From: Eledone cirrhosa
Lineage: Eukaryota
Reading direction: 5' to 3'
DNA: 64,000 bases
NCBI GenBank assembly: GCA_964016885.1
Contig: OZ024759.1
Span: 37,076,001-37,140,000, forward strand
Part shown: positions 30,700-44,298 of the stretch, piece by piece
How the letters are laid out: every line of letters begins with the position of its first letter
Position numbering within the stretch: position 1 is the first letter of the stretch
Made by a program: the position numbers and the translations under genes
Notes under the pieces: model-generated
Told to the model about the DNA's origin: nothing
The model's database searches: none
Seen by the model: the letters and a program-made list of their open reading frames with translations, nothing else

Positions 30700-30855
30700 T
30701 AGTCAGTTCTTAGATATGCCAGCTCTGTGTGTATAGTGTTGATGGTATCAGAGCCTTTGGATATATTTATATATATGTATATATATATTTATATATATTT
30801 ATATATATTTATATATATATATATATATTTATATATACATATTTATATATATATT

Positions 30856-30892
<37 letters not shown>

Positions 30893-31158
30893 ATTTATAT
30901 GTATATATATAAATTATTAAAAAAATAATGAATAAACAAAGAAACAGTTCCTTATATTAAACAAAAAAAGTTCATTATTTTACGATCGTTTCTAGGACAT
31001 ATATGTGTTAGAATTGGTATGCATATTCTATAGATCTATGTACAATATTTATACAAACTATCAGAGGGAATACATATATATATATATATTTATATATACA
31101 TATTTATATATTTATATATATATATATTTATATATATATATATTTATATATATATATT

Positions 31159-31189
<31 letters not shown>

Positions 31190-31218
31190 ATTTATATATA
31201 TATATTTATATATATATT

Positions 31219-31252
<34 letters not shown>

Positions 31253-32887
31253 ATATATATATATATATTTACATATTTATATATATATATATATTTACAT
31301 ATTTATATATATATATATATATTTACATATTTATATATATATTTATATATTTATATATTTATATATTTATTTATATATATATATATATTTATATATTTAT
31401 ATATTTATTTATATATATATATATATTTATATATTTATATATTTACTTATATATATATATATATATTTATATATTTATATATTTATATATATATATATAT
31501 ATATATATACGAAAGGAAAATTCAGATTTACAACACTTCTTTATTTCTTTTCTAAAAACTGTTACGGTTTAACATTTGCCCCAACTTAAATCCGTTTTGG
31601 GGGAAATATTCATCACCCTTGCAGCCTGTTCTTAGTTTAATTGTGTAGTTTATACGTATGTTACTAACTTTGATAATGCGTGTGTGTGTGTCTGTGTGTG
31701 TGTGTGTGTACATGTTCACCAGCACACAGACAGAATAGTTGTGGATCTATGCTTGTTGTTAAGGTTGTGGTAGTGGTTTTGGTTGGCGTGGTGTTTAGCA
31801 TATTAATAGTGGTGGGGGTATTTGTAATAGTGGTGGTGGTAGTAGTGGTACAGGGGTGGTGGTGGTGGTAATAGTGGTACAGTGGTGGTAGTAGTAGAGA
31901 TGGGAGTGGTGATCGTGTTGTTTGTGGTATTGGTGGCGGTTTTCGTTGTCGTATTGAGCATATTGATGGTGGCAGTTGTAATAGTAGTAATGGTGCTGGT
32001 GGTAGTGGTACAGTGGTGGGGATGGCTGTGGTTGTATTGGTGGTGGTGGTGGTGGTCGTCGTCGTGGGTGGGTAGGAGTGGGAGGGAGCGTCTCATGTCG
32101 TTTATCTGCAAACATGAACGACATGTCAAACTCCTTCCACATGATTTGTTCGTGGTTGCTCGACTGAACCAGCAGATTAAAGGAGCTCATCTTCTCTTAT
32201 TCAATACAGAAACGGTTTACTGTCATTATCATTACACTTTTGTCTTAGACAAGACACTCAACTCTACTGCATCACATCACACTACATGCACACGTTTTAG
32301 TTATAATTGTTGTTCTTATTGTTGTTATTATTTGGTGCTTCTTAGGGCGGTGGATTGGCAGTATTGGTAGAGGATCGGACGCCATGCTTTCCGGCATAGT
32401 TGCGTCCCTTTACGGTCTGAGTTCATATCCCGTCGATATACGGGGTCGATAAAATAAAGTACCAGTAATACACTGGGTAATTGCTGGCCTTGTGCCAAAA
32501 GTAGAAACCATTATTTGGTGCTTGTTGTTTATTGTTTAGTATTCTTTAGCCCCGACAAGGGTACCTGTTTATGAGGAAAGAGATGTTCCTAAAATGACTA
32601 CCTCCTCATATATCATAGTTTTGTTGTTGTTGTAGTTGTTGTTTAGCCCTTTTCTGAGTTCGAATCCCGCTGAGGTTAACTTTACCTTTCATCCTTACGG
32701 GGTCGTTAAAATAAAGTACCAGTAATGTACTGGGGTCGATTTCACCAAGTTTCCCCTCACCCCAAATTATTGGCCTTGTGCCTAAATCAGAAACCATTAC
32801 AATTATTATTGTCGTTGTTGTTGTTGTTGTTGCTGCTGGCATGTATTTATTTAGTTATTTATATTCTATTATTTCTTTATTTTTCAG

Positions 32888-33041
32888 TGTGGGGTTGGGT
32901 CGAGCCCACTTCGAGAAGCAACCACCTAGTAACCTGCGAAAGAGCAATTTTTTCCATTTTGTGCTCGCCATGTATGATCGCCAAGGTCAGCCAGTCGAGG
33001 TGGAAAGGACAGCATTTATAGACTTCGTTGAAAAAGATCAG
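32888..33041 (+). CDS. COE: COE/EBF (collier/knot) transcription factor, internal exon (equivalent to EBF exon 2), start of DNA-binding domain
   Basis: Acceptor ttttcag|T, donor CAG|gtttgt, 154 bp. Encodes (x)[51 protein letters not shown], the diagnostic COE N-terminal DBD sequence. Confidence 0.98.
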
Positions 33042-33068
33042 GTTTGTAATTATCTACCTTTATGTTTC

Positions 33069-34345
33069 TGTGACATATATGTGTGTATCGTAGGAAGCCA
33101 GCTAAACCTTCATATGTGTGGGCTGTGACATATATGTGTGTATCGTAGGAAGCCAGCTAAACCTTCATATGTGTGGGCTGTGACATACATATGTGTGTAT
33201 CGTAGGAAGCCAGCTAAACCTTCATATGTGTGGGCTGTGACATATATGTGTGTATCGTAGGAAGCCAGCTAAACCTTCATATGTGTGGGCTGTGACATAC
33301 ATATGTGTGTATCGTAGGAAGCCAGCTAAACCTTCATATGTGTGGGCTGTGACATACATACATATGTGTGTATCGTAGGAAGCCAGCTAAACCTTCATAT
33401 GTGTGGGCTGTGACATACATATGTGTGTATCGTAGGAAGCCAGCTAAACCTTCATATGTGTGGGCTGTGACATACATATGTGTGTATCGTAGGAAGCCAG
33501 CTAAACCTTCATATGTGTGGGCTGTGACATACATATGTGTGTATCGTAGGAAGCCAGCTAAACCTTCATATGTGTGGGCTGTGACATATATGTGTGTATC
33601 GTAGGAAGCCAGCTAAACCTTCATATGTGTGGGCTGTGACATACATATGTGTGTATCGTAGGAAGCCAGCTAAACCTTCATATGTGTGGGCTGTGACATA
33701 TATGTGTGTATCGTAGGAAGCCAGCTAAACCTTCATATGTGTGGGCTGTGACATACATATGTGTGTATCGTAGGAAGCCAGCTAAACCTTCATATGTGTG
33801 GGCTGTGACATACATACATATGTGTGTATCGTAGGAAGCCAGCTAAACCTTCATATGTGTGGGCTGTGACATACATATGTGTGTATCGTAGGAAGCCAGC
33901 TAAACCTTCATATGTGTGGGCTGTGACATACATATGTGTGTATCGTAGGAAGCCAGCTAAACCTTCATATGTGTGGGCTGTGACATACATATGTGTGTAT
34001 CGTAGGAAGCCAGCTAAACCTTCATATGTGTGGGCTGTGACATACATATGTGTGTATCGTAGGAAGCCAGCTAAACCTTCATATGTGTGTGCTGTGACAT
34101 ACATATGTGTGTATCGTAGGAAGCCAGCTAAACCTTCATATGTGTGGGCTGTGACATACATATGTGTGTATCGTAGGAAGCCAGCTAAACCTTCATATGT
34201 GTGGGCTGTGACATACATACATATGTGTGTATCGTAGGAAGCCAGCTAAACCTTCATATGTGTGGGCTGTGACATACATATGTGTGTATCGTAGGAAGCC
34301 AGCTAAACCTTCATATGTGTGGGCTGTGACATACATATGTGTGTA
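33069..34345. repeat. 55/57/61-bp minisatellite, ~22 copies, directly after COE exon 2
   Basis: Unit gtgtgtatcgtaggaagccagctaaaccttcatatgtgtgggctgtgacatacatat. Confidence 0.97.
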
Positions 34346-34967
34346 ACGTAGGACGGGGAGCCCCTATCGTAAAACAAATTGGAGAAACCTCCAATAGAAC
34401 CTCAATACATCTTCACAGGAGACCAGCTAAACTTGCTGTAATTTTCCAGTTGATCGTATCAACCCCCAGGACTTCTACTCTCGTACTTATTTATATTGAA
34501 GTCTGTTTGTCAAACTGCTAAGTCTTAGGATATATAGATCCATTTTAAAACTGGTGAAGCGCATCCCTTCTCCTGGTCTGGACACAGCTGGTTTCTTTCA
34601 GAGAAAGAGTGATACAGAAGTAAGAAAATGATATAGAAGACGAATCAACCCCAATACATGACTGGTATTTTTTTTTATCGACCACGAAATGATAGAAAAC
34701 AAAGGTGACCTCGGCGGGTTTTGAACTCAGAACTACCAGAACCAGAACAAAGAGCACAAAGTATTCTATTGGACAATCTACCGACTCTGCCATATATTGT
34801 GCACCTTTTCTTAAATTGTGGGTCATTTCTTTTTTAACATGAACATTTTACAATTACACACACATTAACACTTACACACACACACGTATATGTATGTGTG
34901 TTGATGTTCTTATAAAATCTATCTATCTCGGTATATATAGAGAGAGGCAGTTATATGTGTGGTGTAA

Positions 34968-35005
<38 letters not shown>

Positions 35006-35462
35006 TGATGGTGACTGGTTGGATGTATTAGTTGTTGTTGTTGTTGTTAGTTGTTTTAACACCATTGCCACTTAATGGCTTTCGACGAAATTGAACGTAA
35101 GTTGCTGACGGTAGCAACATCAGTAGTGGTGGTGGTGGTAGTAGTAGTAGTGGGAGGTGTAGTAGTAGTTGTAGTGGTGGTAGTAGTAGTAGTGGGAGGT
35201 GTAGTAGTAGTTGTAGTGGTGGTAGGCTGTGGGCCATAATAAATCATTATTGTCATCAACATTATTATTATTGGTCTAATCGGACGTATTTTGCTCGCTC
35301 CCGGTAAGTCGCTTTATTTTCCTGTTAAATATTTCTTGTTGTGTAAGGGATATAAGCCCATAGACTTTGCCCTGTGAAGGGGAAAGTATAATATTTGGGC
35401 CTTTTAGCCCAAATATTTGAATTTTTTTTTACATGTTAAAAAATTTACGGAGAAAAAAAAAC

Positions 35463-37362
35463 ATGGCTGAGCCACGCCCCCCAGCGATATGTCTGCTGTC
35501 GTGCCACAACGACGTAGAAGTTGAGAGGAGCGCTACAGCGAAATTAACACAAATTGATAACACAAACACCACCACAAACAAGGTAAACAAAGACACCAAT
35601 GATACCAATGAGAACTCTAATTTTGAAAAAAATGACAGTAACAGCGACAACGAAAATAAAGATAACAAAAAAAAAATAACAAATGCAACAACAATATCAA
35701 CACCACTAACATGAAAACAAATAGCGACAACACCAACAGCAACAATACCAACTGCACCGAGAATAACGGGGCAACAAAGACAACAATGTTAACAGCGACA
35801 GTGCTAACAACAACACCAACAAGAACAACGACAGCGACCTTTACACCCCCAACGAAAACAAGAACACTTTCGCTGCGGCAGCAGCAAAAAAGAGGCCATG
35901 CTTCAACATGGACCTCTCAAACAAAGATGAAGAGTTGGCTCAGGCATGGAAGCTCATCAAGCAAGAGAAAACCTGGGCCAACTTAACTGTCCCGGTAGAA
36001 GCTATTGAGGCAGTGGAGCGCAGAACGGTGCATTATAGATGCATCTCAGCACAAGATGATGTCGAAGTCGCGCTGAGGTGCATCAGAGAAGACACCGAAT
36101 ACATAGCGAGGGGCAGACAGTACGGCACCATTTCGGTGTTGTTCAAGTCAGAATCCCTCGCTATGAAACACGCTATGACTCCTTGCAAAACCAGCAAGGT
36201 TATAATGTACCCCTCCCACATGGGAAAAAGAACGGCCCGTCTCCGTATTCCCATAATCCCACCAGGACTTGACATGTGGTGGCTTCTGGGATGTGTGATT
36301 GTGGAGGGGACGGATATCGTCCCTATAGACGTGACCAGAACGGCCAGAGGACTGGTCCGGGGTTGACCTGGAGATCCTTCTGGAGAATGTCAAGACAATC
36401 CCGGATTACATCCGCCTTCAGAATGGGACGGTCATTCACATTATGACCGAAGGCAAAAGGCCGCAGTGTTTTGTTTGTGGGGAAAAACCCATTTGCGAGC
36501 CTTCTGCCCTCAACTGCTGAAAGAGGCAAGGGGTCGAAAGGCTCCACTGCTGCCGACGCCGGGGCGAGGACCACAACCAACACCAGCACCGGCAAAACCA
36601 CCAACAACAACACCAATAGAAAGACCACCACCAACATTGACCACCCAGGGGGGAAACGTGGAAAGCTGTCAAATTCCCCCTCCCCCCAAAAATACACACA
36701 CCAATAAAACCATAAACATACATACAGACACACTTACAGACACAGACCCCTCATCTACCAGTAGTGAAGATGAGGGAAAACCAAAATCCCCCAAAATACA
36801 AAAAAGGAAACACAAAAAGAAAAAAAAAACTCAACAAAGCACAAAATCACCCACAATAAAAAACGCAGACACCACCCACGCAAACATCTCTCCAATAACA
36901 CCAACATCAACATCACCATCACCAGAATGCCCCAAACGCAAACAACCTAAACAGACGCAAGAAGAAATATACACACAAACATCTGAAACCACAGACACCG
37001 CACTCACAACAAACACAGACACAACCGAAACAACACCACCAAAACCATCACCACCACAGCCACGCAAACAAATAAAATCACACCAACAAAACATACAAAA
37101 CTTCGTGCTCGTCAGGAGGGCCAACAAGGAACTGATGGCCCTCGTAGCACGAAGTGAAAATATACAAAAAGAGGGGGAAGATTTGGTTCTGGTGCGAATG
37201 TCGATCGATTTATACAAAGAAATACGAGACAGCTTTCCTCGGAACGTGGGAACCCCGAACGTAAAACCCACTTCAAGTCTTTTAAAGGGGTTCCCAAAAG
37301 AAACCCCACCAGCTATGTTGGTCGAACAACCCGACCTTCACAAGAGCCCGGAAGGTAAGTAA
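35463..37362 (+). pseudogene. LINE ORF1 (gag-like nucleic-acid-binding protein), frameshifted
   Basis: Starts MAEPRPP and has an N/D-rich region and a TFAAAA motif. CCHC knuckle C-FV-C-GEKT-H-LRAF-C near 36466-36507 is restored by adding one A. P/T/K-rich tail. Split over ORFs 35433, 35908, 36466. Confidence 0.8.
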
Positions 37363-37394
37363 ACCTTTCCTCTCTCTCTTTTTAACCTGCCAAC

Positions 37395-39029
37395 ATGGCT
37401 GTATTAAGAGTAGGATGTTTAAATGTTCGAGGCCTGGGATCGTCCTGGAAGCAGGGTCACCTGCTCAACGACCTTAGGTCTCTAGAAATGGATGTAATTG
37501 CCGTCAGCGAGACCAGGATTTCTGACACGCGCGCACTAGCCCCCATTTTCGACGACTATCAGATCTTTGCATCTGTTAGCCGGCCGGGAATGGGAAGCGG
37601 GGTGGCAGTGCTGTTTAGGAAAGGCCTGGATCTCGAGGTAAGGTCGATCTTCCGGGACCCGGACGGGAAGTTGGTTGTCCTGGACATGAACAATAATGAA
37701 GGTGGTGTCTTTAGACTGGTGACCGTATATGCTCCTACTGGGGCAGGATGGCCGGACTTCTTTAGACGCCTGGAAGCCTTTCTGGGCACGTCTCGCCCTT
37801 TACTGTTAGCGGGGGACTGGAACCGCATCTTAGACGCACGCTGGGACTGTGTGGGAGTGTCCGATAGGAGCGGGGGGTGAAAAAGCCTCAAGAACCTGAT
37901 CAGCCAGTTCCAACTGTCTGACAGGTACCGACTAGATTTCCCTAATGCGCCAGTGTGGACCTGGGCTAACCGCATAGGGTCATCTAGATCGTATATAGAC
38001 AAGATATTCATTAGGAAAATAGACAGAAATAGTGTAAGCTGTCCACGTTTTGAAACGGTCGCCTATTCAGATCACAAGTTTGTGATCTGTATGGTCGACC
38101 TAGATAAGACGCGTGGGTTACGACTTGGTTACTGGAAGCTAAACATATCATTTCCGGCACGTAAGGCTTACAGGTCAACAATTTAGTTAAGAAAAAGTTG
38201 ACAGGGGGAGTCGTCAACAAAAGATGGTGGGGGGGGGGCTCTCAAAAGAGAGATTAGAGTAATGTCGATCGAGTTTAGCAAAGAAGTAGAGAAAAATAGA
38301 AAGGAGGGGGAGTTGGTAGATAAGTTAGACGAGGCTATTGGTAGTGGCATTGCAACTGACGTGCTAGCGGCGAGAATGGCATTAGACCATTTCTTCAATG
38401 CGAAACACGAAGGTTGCATTGTCAGAGCTAAGGCACGTGCTCTGAGAAACGAGGGAACCAAAGCTGTTCGATGGGCCCGCGTGGCAGAGGCGCAGCGTGA
38501 AAATAAAATCACGATTCGTTCTTTGACGGACCGAGACGGACACGAACTGAGCGATTCCAAGCGGATGTGTGAGGCCTTTCGCCAACATTTTGCTCGAGAT
38601 AAGCTCTACAGGCACGGAAGTGCTGTCAGACGGACCTGTCCGAGATGCGCGCAGAGCGACGAAACCGTTCTGCACGCACTCGTCCAGTGTCTGTGCATTA
38701 CTGACTTGTGGAGTTATGGCTGTTGTCGCGTGTAGAACGGATCCGGCTATCGGCCGAGTCCATAGTGAAGATCGACCCGCCGCCTTCTTTTGGCCAGGAA
38801 GGGCAGGCAATTTTCCTCTGTCTGGTGGCAGTAGCGAAAGAGGTTGAAAGGACTGAAGACAGACACCGTTCTCTTCGGCCAATCCCTCATCAACTTTTCC
38901 AAGTTTCACTTGGAAAGGAAGGTGAGGGTGGAGAGAAAAGTGCTGCCCCCCAGTACATTTGCTGAAAGGTGGATGAATGTGGCGAGAATGGCCCGTGTGA
39001 GTGGGCCTACTCTGGTCATGCGGCTGTAG
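37395..39029 (+). pseudogene. LINE ORF2 remnant: APE endonuclease + linker fused directly to C-terminal zinc-finger region, no RT
   Basis: APE motifs LNVRGL, SETR, GVAVLF, VYAP, GDWN, YIDKIF, SDH and GYWKLN are present, then CPRC..ETVLHALVQC. Premature TGA at 37878-37880 plus frameshifts. No RT motifs (no YADD). Confidence 0.9.
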
Positions 39030-39623
39030 GTAGGTAAATTTGAGGAGGATGGGGTGCCCTTCCAGGGTGCTCTCGAAGCGTCGGGTCGTTCAGGATTGGT
39101 GAGGTACCTGAGTGAACCCTAGGTGGTCATCCCCCCCATTGGGGAATTTTTTCTCGTTGTAATTTTCTTGTTACTTTATTGTTACTTTGTTATTGTTATT
39201 CATATTGTTTACTCGATTTTTCGGTAAAACCCCACTGTCCCAGTCTTTTGTATTGTCCGCTATATGTCGGCCCTTGTGGCCAATAAATGAAATTATCATT
39301 ATTATTATTATTAATAATAATAATAAACAAATGAAAGAAAGAAGGAAATGAAAAATAGAACCGAGGCTAAAATGCGAAAAATGGAACAGAAAAATAATTT
39401 GTTAAAAGATAGTGTAATGAAAGTTTATGATGGTGATGATGGTGGTGGTTGTAGTGGTGGTGGTGATGGTGATGATCCTAAAGAATATGGCAGGTAAAAA
39501 ATAAAAGTAAGATGGTGGAATGGGGGGAGTTGTGGAAAGAAGACAATTTCGAATTGAATTAAAATGTCGGCGTAATAAGAGAAATATTCCACAGAAAGAA
39601 ACGTGGAATGGGATTTTTCTTAT

Positions 39624-39669
<46 letters not shown>

Positions 39670-39983
39670 CGTGTGGATGTGTGTATATGGATATATATAT
39701 ATATATATATGTGTGTATGAATATGGATATATATGTATATACATATATATGTATATACATATATATGTATATACATATATATGTATATACATATATATGT
39801 ATATACATATATATGTATATACATATATATGTATATACATATATATGTATATACATATATATATATATGTATATACATATATATATATGTATATATATGT
39901 ATATATATATATGTATATATATATATGTATATATATATATGTATATATATATATGTATATATATATATGTATATATATATATG

Positions 39984-40015
<32 letters not shown>

Positions 40016-40547
40016 TATATGTATATGTATATATATATATGTATATGTATATATATATATGTATATGTATATATATATATGTATATGTATATATATATAT
40101 GTATATGTATATATATATATGTATATACATATATATATATGTATATACATATATATATATGTATATACATATATATATGTATATACATATATATATATGT
40201 ATATACATATATATATATGTATATACATATATATATATGTATATATGTATATATATGTGTATATATGTATATATATGTGTATATATGTATATATATGTGT
40301 ATATATGTATATATATGTGTATATATGTATATATATGTGTATATATGTATATATATGTGTATGTATATATATGTATATATATGTATATATATGTATATAT
40401 ATGTATATATATGTAGTTATATATATATATGTAGTTATATATATATACATGTAGTTATATATGTATAAGTATAAGTATATGTATATATATATATATGGAT
40501 ATATATGTGTGAACGTATATGGATACATATGTATGTCTGTATATATG

Positions 40548-40585
<38 letters not shown>

Positions 40586-40626
40586 AAATAAATAAGTCAA
40601 ATGTTTAAAATTTGGTTTCGTTTATT

Positions 40627-40677
40627 ACTGTTATAAATATTTCGGTGACAGCCATCTTTGGCTCTTCTTCAGGCAGT
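40627..40677 (-). ncRNA. Degenerate hammerhead motif, same family as 30640
   Basis: Minus strand reads actgc-CTGAAGA-agagcca aaga tggctgtcacc-GAAA-tatttATA-acagt. Core intact, but stem I and II closing pairs are damaged. Confidence 0.5.
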
Positions 40678-41814
40678 CCGAATTAGTGTGGTAGAGACGA
40701 GTACACATGTTGTTGAGGTGTATAACTTTGTCAATACTCTGATATGCCCAGTTCCTGGTTGGATTGTTATTTCACTGAGGAACTGGAATCATATGAATTC
40801 AAAAGTACATTTTCTTTATTTAGTTTTTAAACCATATTTCGGAAGACCGAATCAGGAAAGACAGAAAGAATTAGATAAACAAACAAAGAAACAAACAAAT
40901 ATATAAATATATAAACAAATAAATAAATATATAGACAGAAAAAATACTATTTACGACGATGTGACAAGGTAGAAGAGAAAATCAAAATGAAGGTTTAACT
41001 AGTTAGGTTAGATTAGGTAGCGGGAGTAGGGGGTGCTACGATAGTGGTGGTGGTGGTGGTGGTGGTTGAATTTGATAGTGTGTATATATATATATATATA
41101 TTGATATGGATATGCATATGTGTGCGTGTGTGTGCGTATGTAATATATGTATGTGGATATGCATATATATATATGTTTGTTGTCTGTAGATATATATATA
41201 TGTATACGCACAGTGTCTGTGTAATTACGTGTATATGTATCTATAGATATAAGTATAACCGTAACCAGCATTCTTTATATATATATTTACTTGCACTGTT
41301 TGTTTCTTTGTCGACACACACACACAGACACATACACACACAGACACAGACACACACAGACACATCAGACTTTATCTCCGAACCTCATCAACGTAGAACG
41401 AACTAATTGCTAATTAGCAAACATTTACGTCTCGTCACTACGGTCGATGTCACGTGACAAACGTCTTGCCTCAAAGTGAAACCAGGAAGCTAATATATGG
41501 AACACCATACAGTAATAAATGTTTTTAAAAAAATTTCAAATCGTACTTGATGAAAGAAATCTATTACATCATGTAGAAAAGAAATTAGTTTTTTGTGTGT
41601 GATGTAGCATCATGCATGCCTTTCCTTGTAGTTCGCAAGAGATGAAGGTGAACACTGTGTGACACGTGAAGTAAAATGGCTACAAATTGGGATTGATCCT
41701 GGCTTTTCCCCATATTTCATTCTGAGGGGTCGATAAAATAAAGTACCAGTAATGCACTGAAATAATTGCTGGCCTTGTGCCAAAAGTAGAAACAATTATT
41801 ATTATTGGAATTAA

Positions 41815-41989
41815 GGCAGCAGGAGACTCAGGAATCCTCGAGCAAGATGGTTGGAAAACATCCATGAGCTTGGCTGGTCTCACTTGGGATCTAGCCGGAT
41901 CATTTGGAGATGGTTGCTTCTGACAGGACCTGCTGGAAGGAGAGTTTGAGGACTCTGCCCTCCACACGACCCTCTCAGGAATAAGTGGG
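41815..41989 (+). mobile_element. RTE-clade LINE 3'-end fragment
   Basis: Reads RNPRARWLENIHELGWSHLG. Homologous copies lie on the minus strand at ~50539-50710 and ~63300-63452. Confidence 0.7.
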
Positions 41990-42535
41990 CGAAGAAGGAT
42001 TGGTAGTATCAGTAGAACATTGGACAAAATACTTTGCGGCATTTAATCACAACCCTTTACGTTCTGAGTTCAAATTTCCACGGCATTTAATCACAAACCT
42101 TTCGGTTCCGAGGTTAAATTCCACCGTTCTCGATTTTGTTTTTTTATCTTTCAGGGAGGGTCGATAAATAAAATACCAGTCAAATTCTGAGCTTAATAAA
42201 ATTGATACTGAGTTCTCCATTAATTGCTGGCCTTGTACATAATTTAAAACCCATTATCGGTATTGGAATATGATATCTGTCTGTAGATAATGTATTGGAA
42301 TATAAGGTCGGAGGTGAACATACTAAAACTTGCTGGATTTCAATGGGGGTTTTTTCTATATTTTTGTATTATTTTTCTCATTTTTTGTTATATATTTTTT
42401 ATATTCTTTTTCTCATTTTTGTTGTTGTATTTTTGTTTATTTTTGTATTGTTTTTCTCGTTGTTGTTGTTGTTGTTATTTCTAGATTGAAACACTAAACA
42501 TGTTGGTCATTCCTCTGTCCATCTTCTACTTGCAG

Positions 42536-42599
42536 GAATCAGATAGCCAGAAGACCAATAATGGAATACATTATAGGTTACAGCTGTTATATGCTAACG
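42536..42599 (+). CDS. COE: COE/EBF exon (equivalent to exon 3)
   Basis: Acceptor ttgcag|GAA, donor AACG|gtaaat, 64 bp. Encodes ESDSQKTNNGIHYRLQLLYAN(G), in phase with the flanking exons. Not in the ORF track. Confidence 0.97.
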
Positions 42600-42935
42600 G
42601 TAAATTATATATTTAACTTGTTGCTGTTGTGGTGGTGGCGGTAGTGTTGTTGGTCGTGTTCGTGGTGGTGGTGGTAGTGTTGTTCTTGTTGTGGTGGTAT
42701 TGGTAGTGTTGGTGGTAGTGGTGATGGTGGTGGTTTTATTGCTGGTGGTGTCGCTGACGGCAATGTTGGTGGTGGTATCACTGCTGGTAGTGTTGTTAGT
42801 GGTGGTGCTGATGCTGTCGTTAGTGGTGGTGTCGCTGAGGACTCTGCCCCTACGACACTCCCAAAAGTAAGTGGGCCAAGCAGAAGACATTGTGTGCCTC
42901 AAGTATTCACCTTTCTCTCATTTCTTCTTCAACAG

Positions 42936-42991
42936 GTGTTCGACAAGAACAGGATCTTTACGTAAGACTGATCGACTCGGTAACAAAACAG
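42936..42991 (+). CDS. COE: COE/EBF exon (equivalent to exon 4)
   Basis: Acceptor caacag|GT, donor CAG|gtaaga, 56 bp. Encodes (G)VRQEQDLYVRLIDSVTKQ. Confidence 0.97.
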
Positions 42992-43012
42992 GTAAGATAC
43001 ACTACATCTTTC

Positions 43013-43064
<52 letters not shown>

Positions 43065-43370
43065 GGATATGAAAGAAAGATAAACACAGATATAAACATA
43101 TGTGTTCAAATCGTGCAGTTGCCCAATACCAGTTTGTATTTCTTTTCTTGATTTATTTTAAATTGAGTCTGGCAAACCCTATTGTTCATAGTTAGTATTT
43201 GTTTCACCCTAGCGAATCTGGTCCCTTACGATTTGAACATATATATGTATATATCTGTGTTTCTCTCTCTTTTATATTCAATTATATTACACGGCTGAGA
43301 AAAACCTCTTTCTTTGAGCTATTTAATTGTAAGAGATTATTTTGAGTTTCTAACTCAATATATACCTTTC

Positions 43371-43665
<295 letters not shown>

Positions 43666-43679
43666 TATATATATATATT

Positions 43680-43713
<34 letters not shown>

Positions 43714-43775
43714 TATATATATATATTTATATATATATATTTATATTTATATATATATATTTATATATATATATT

Positions 43776-43898
<123 letters not shown>

Positions 43899-44298
43899 CA
43901 TTTTACGTGTTGACATTTCCATGTTGACGGGAATTTACATCCAAGGGCCATTCCTGGAACCAACACATTTACTCGCATGGATACGGTATACCTAGTGTAA
44001 ACCAGACAGATTGGCTAATACATATATATATATATATATGTATGTATATGTATGTGTATATATATATATATATATATACACATGTATACATACACATGTT
44101 TGTGTGTGTTAGTAGAGTACAGTAGGTGTTAAATTAATGTTACATCAAGTGTAGCCTCTGTCAGCCATGCATTACAAAGTAATTACAACAGCCATAGTCT
44201 CCTTGGGATTAATTTAGTCGCCATTTTAAATATCACATCGCCGCCATTAGCCTCAATCTTCGTTGAGCTTTCTCTGTATTATTCTCGTTAATACGTTT

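Larger units (their letters stand above)
35273..39296 (+). mobile_element. Tx1/L1-clade non-LTR retrotransposon, degenerate, RT domain internally deleted, in a COE intron
   Basis: Layout is 5'UTR, gag-like ORF1, ORF2 with APE endonuclease and C-terminal Cys/His motif, 3'UTR, AATAAA at 39282-39287. (ATT)n lies on both sides (cattattattatt at 35260-35272 and 39297-39309). Confidence 0.9.

Noticed and set aside
33334-34237. Repetitive 19-aa ORFs on both strands
   Set aside because: By-product of a 57-bp minisatellite inside an intron. The frame is broken by the 55- and 61-bp units.
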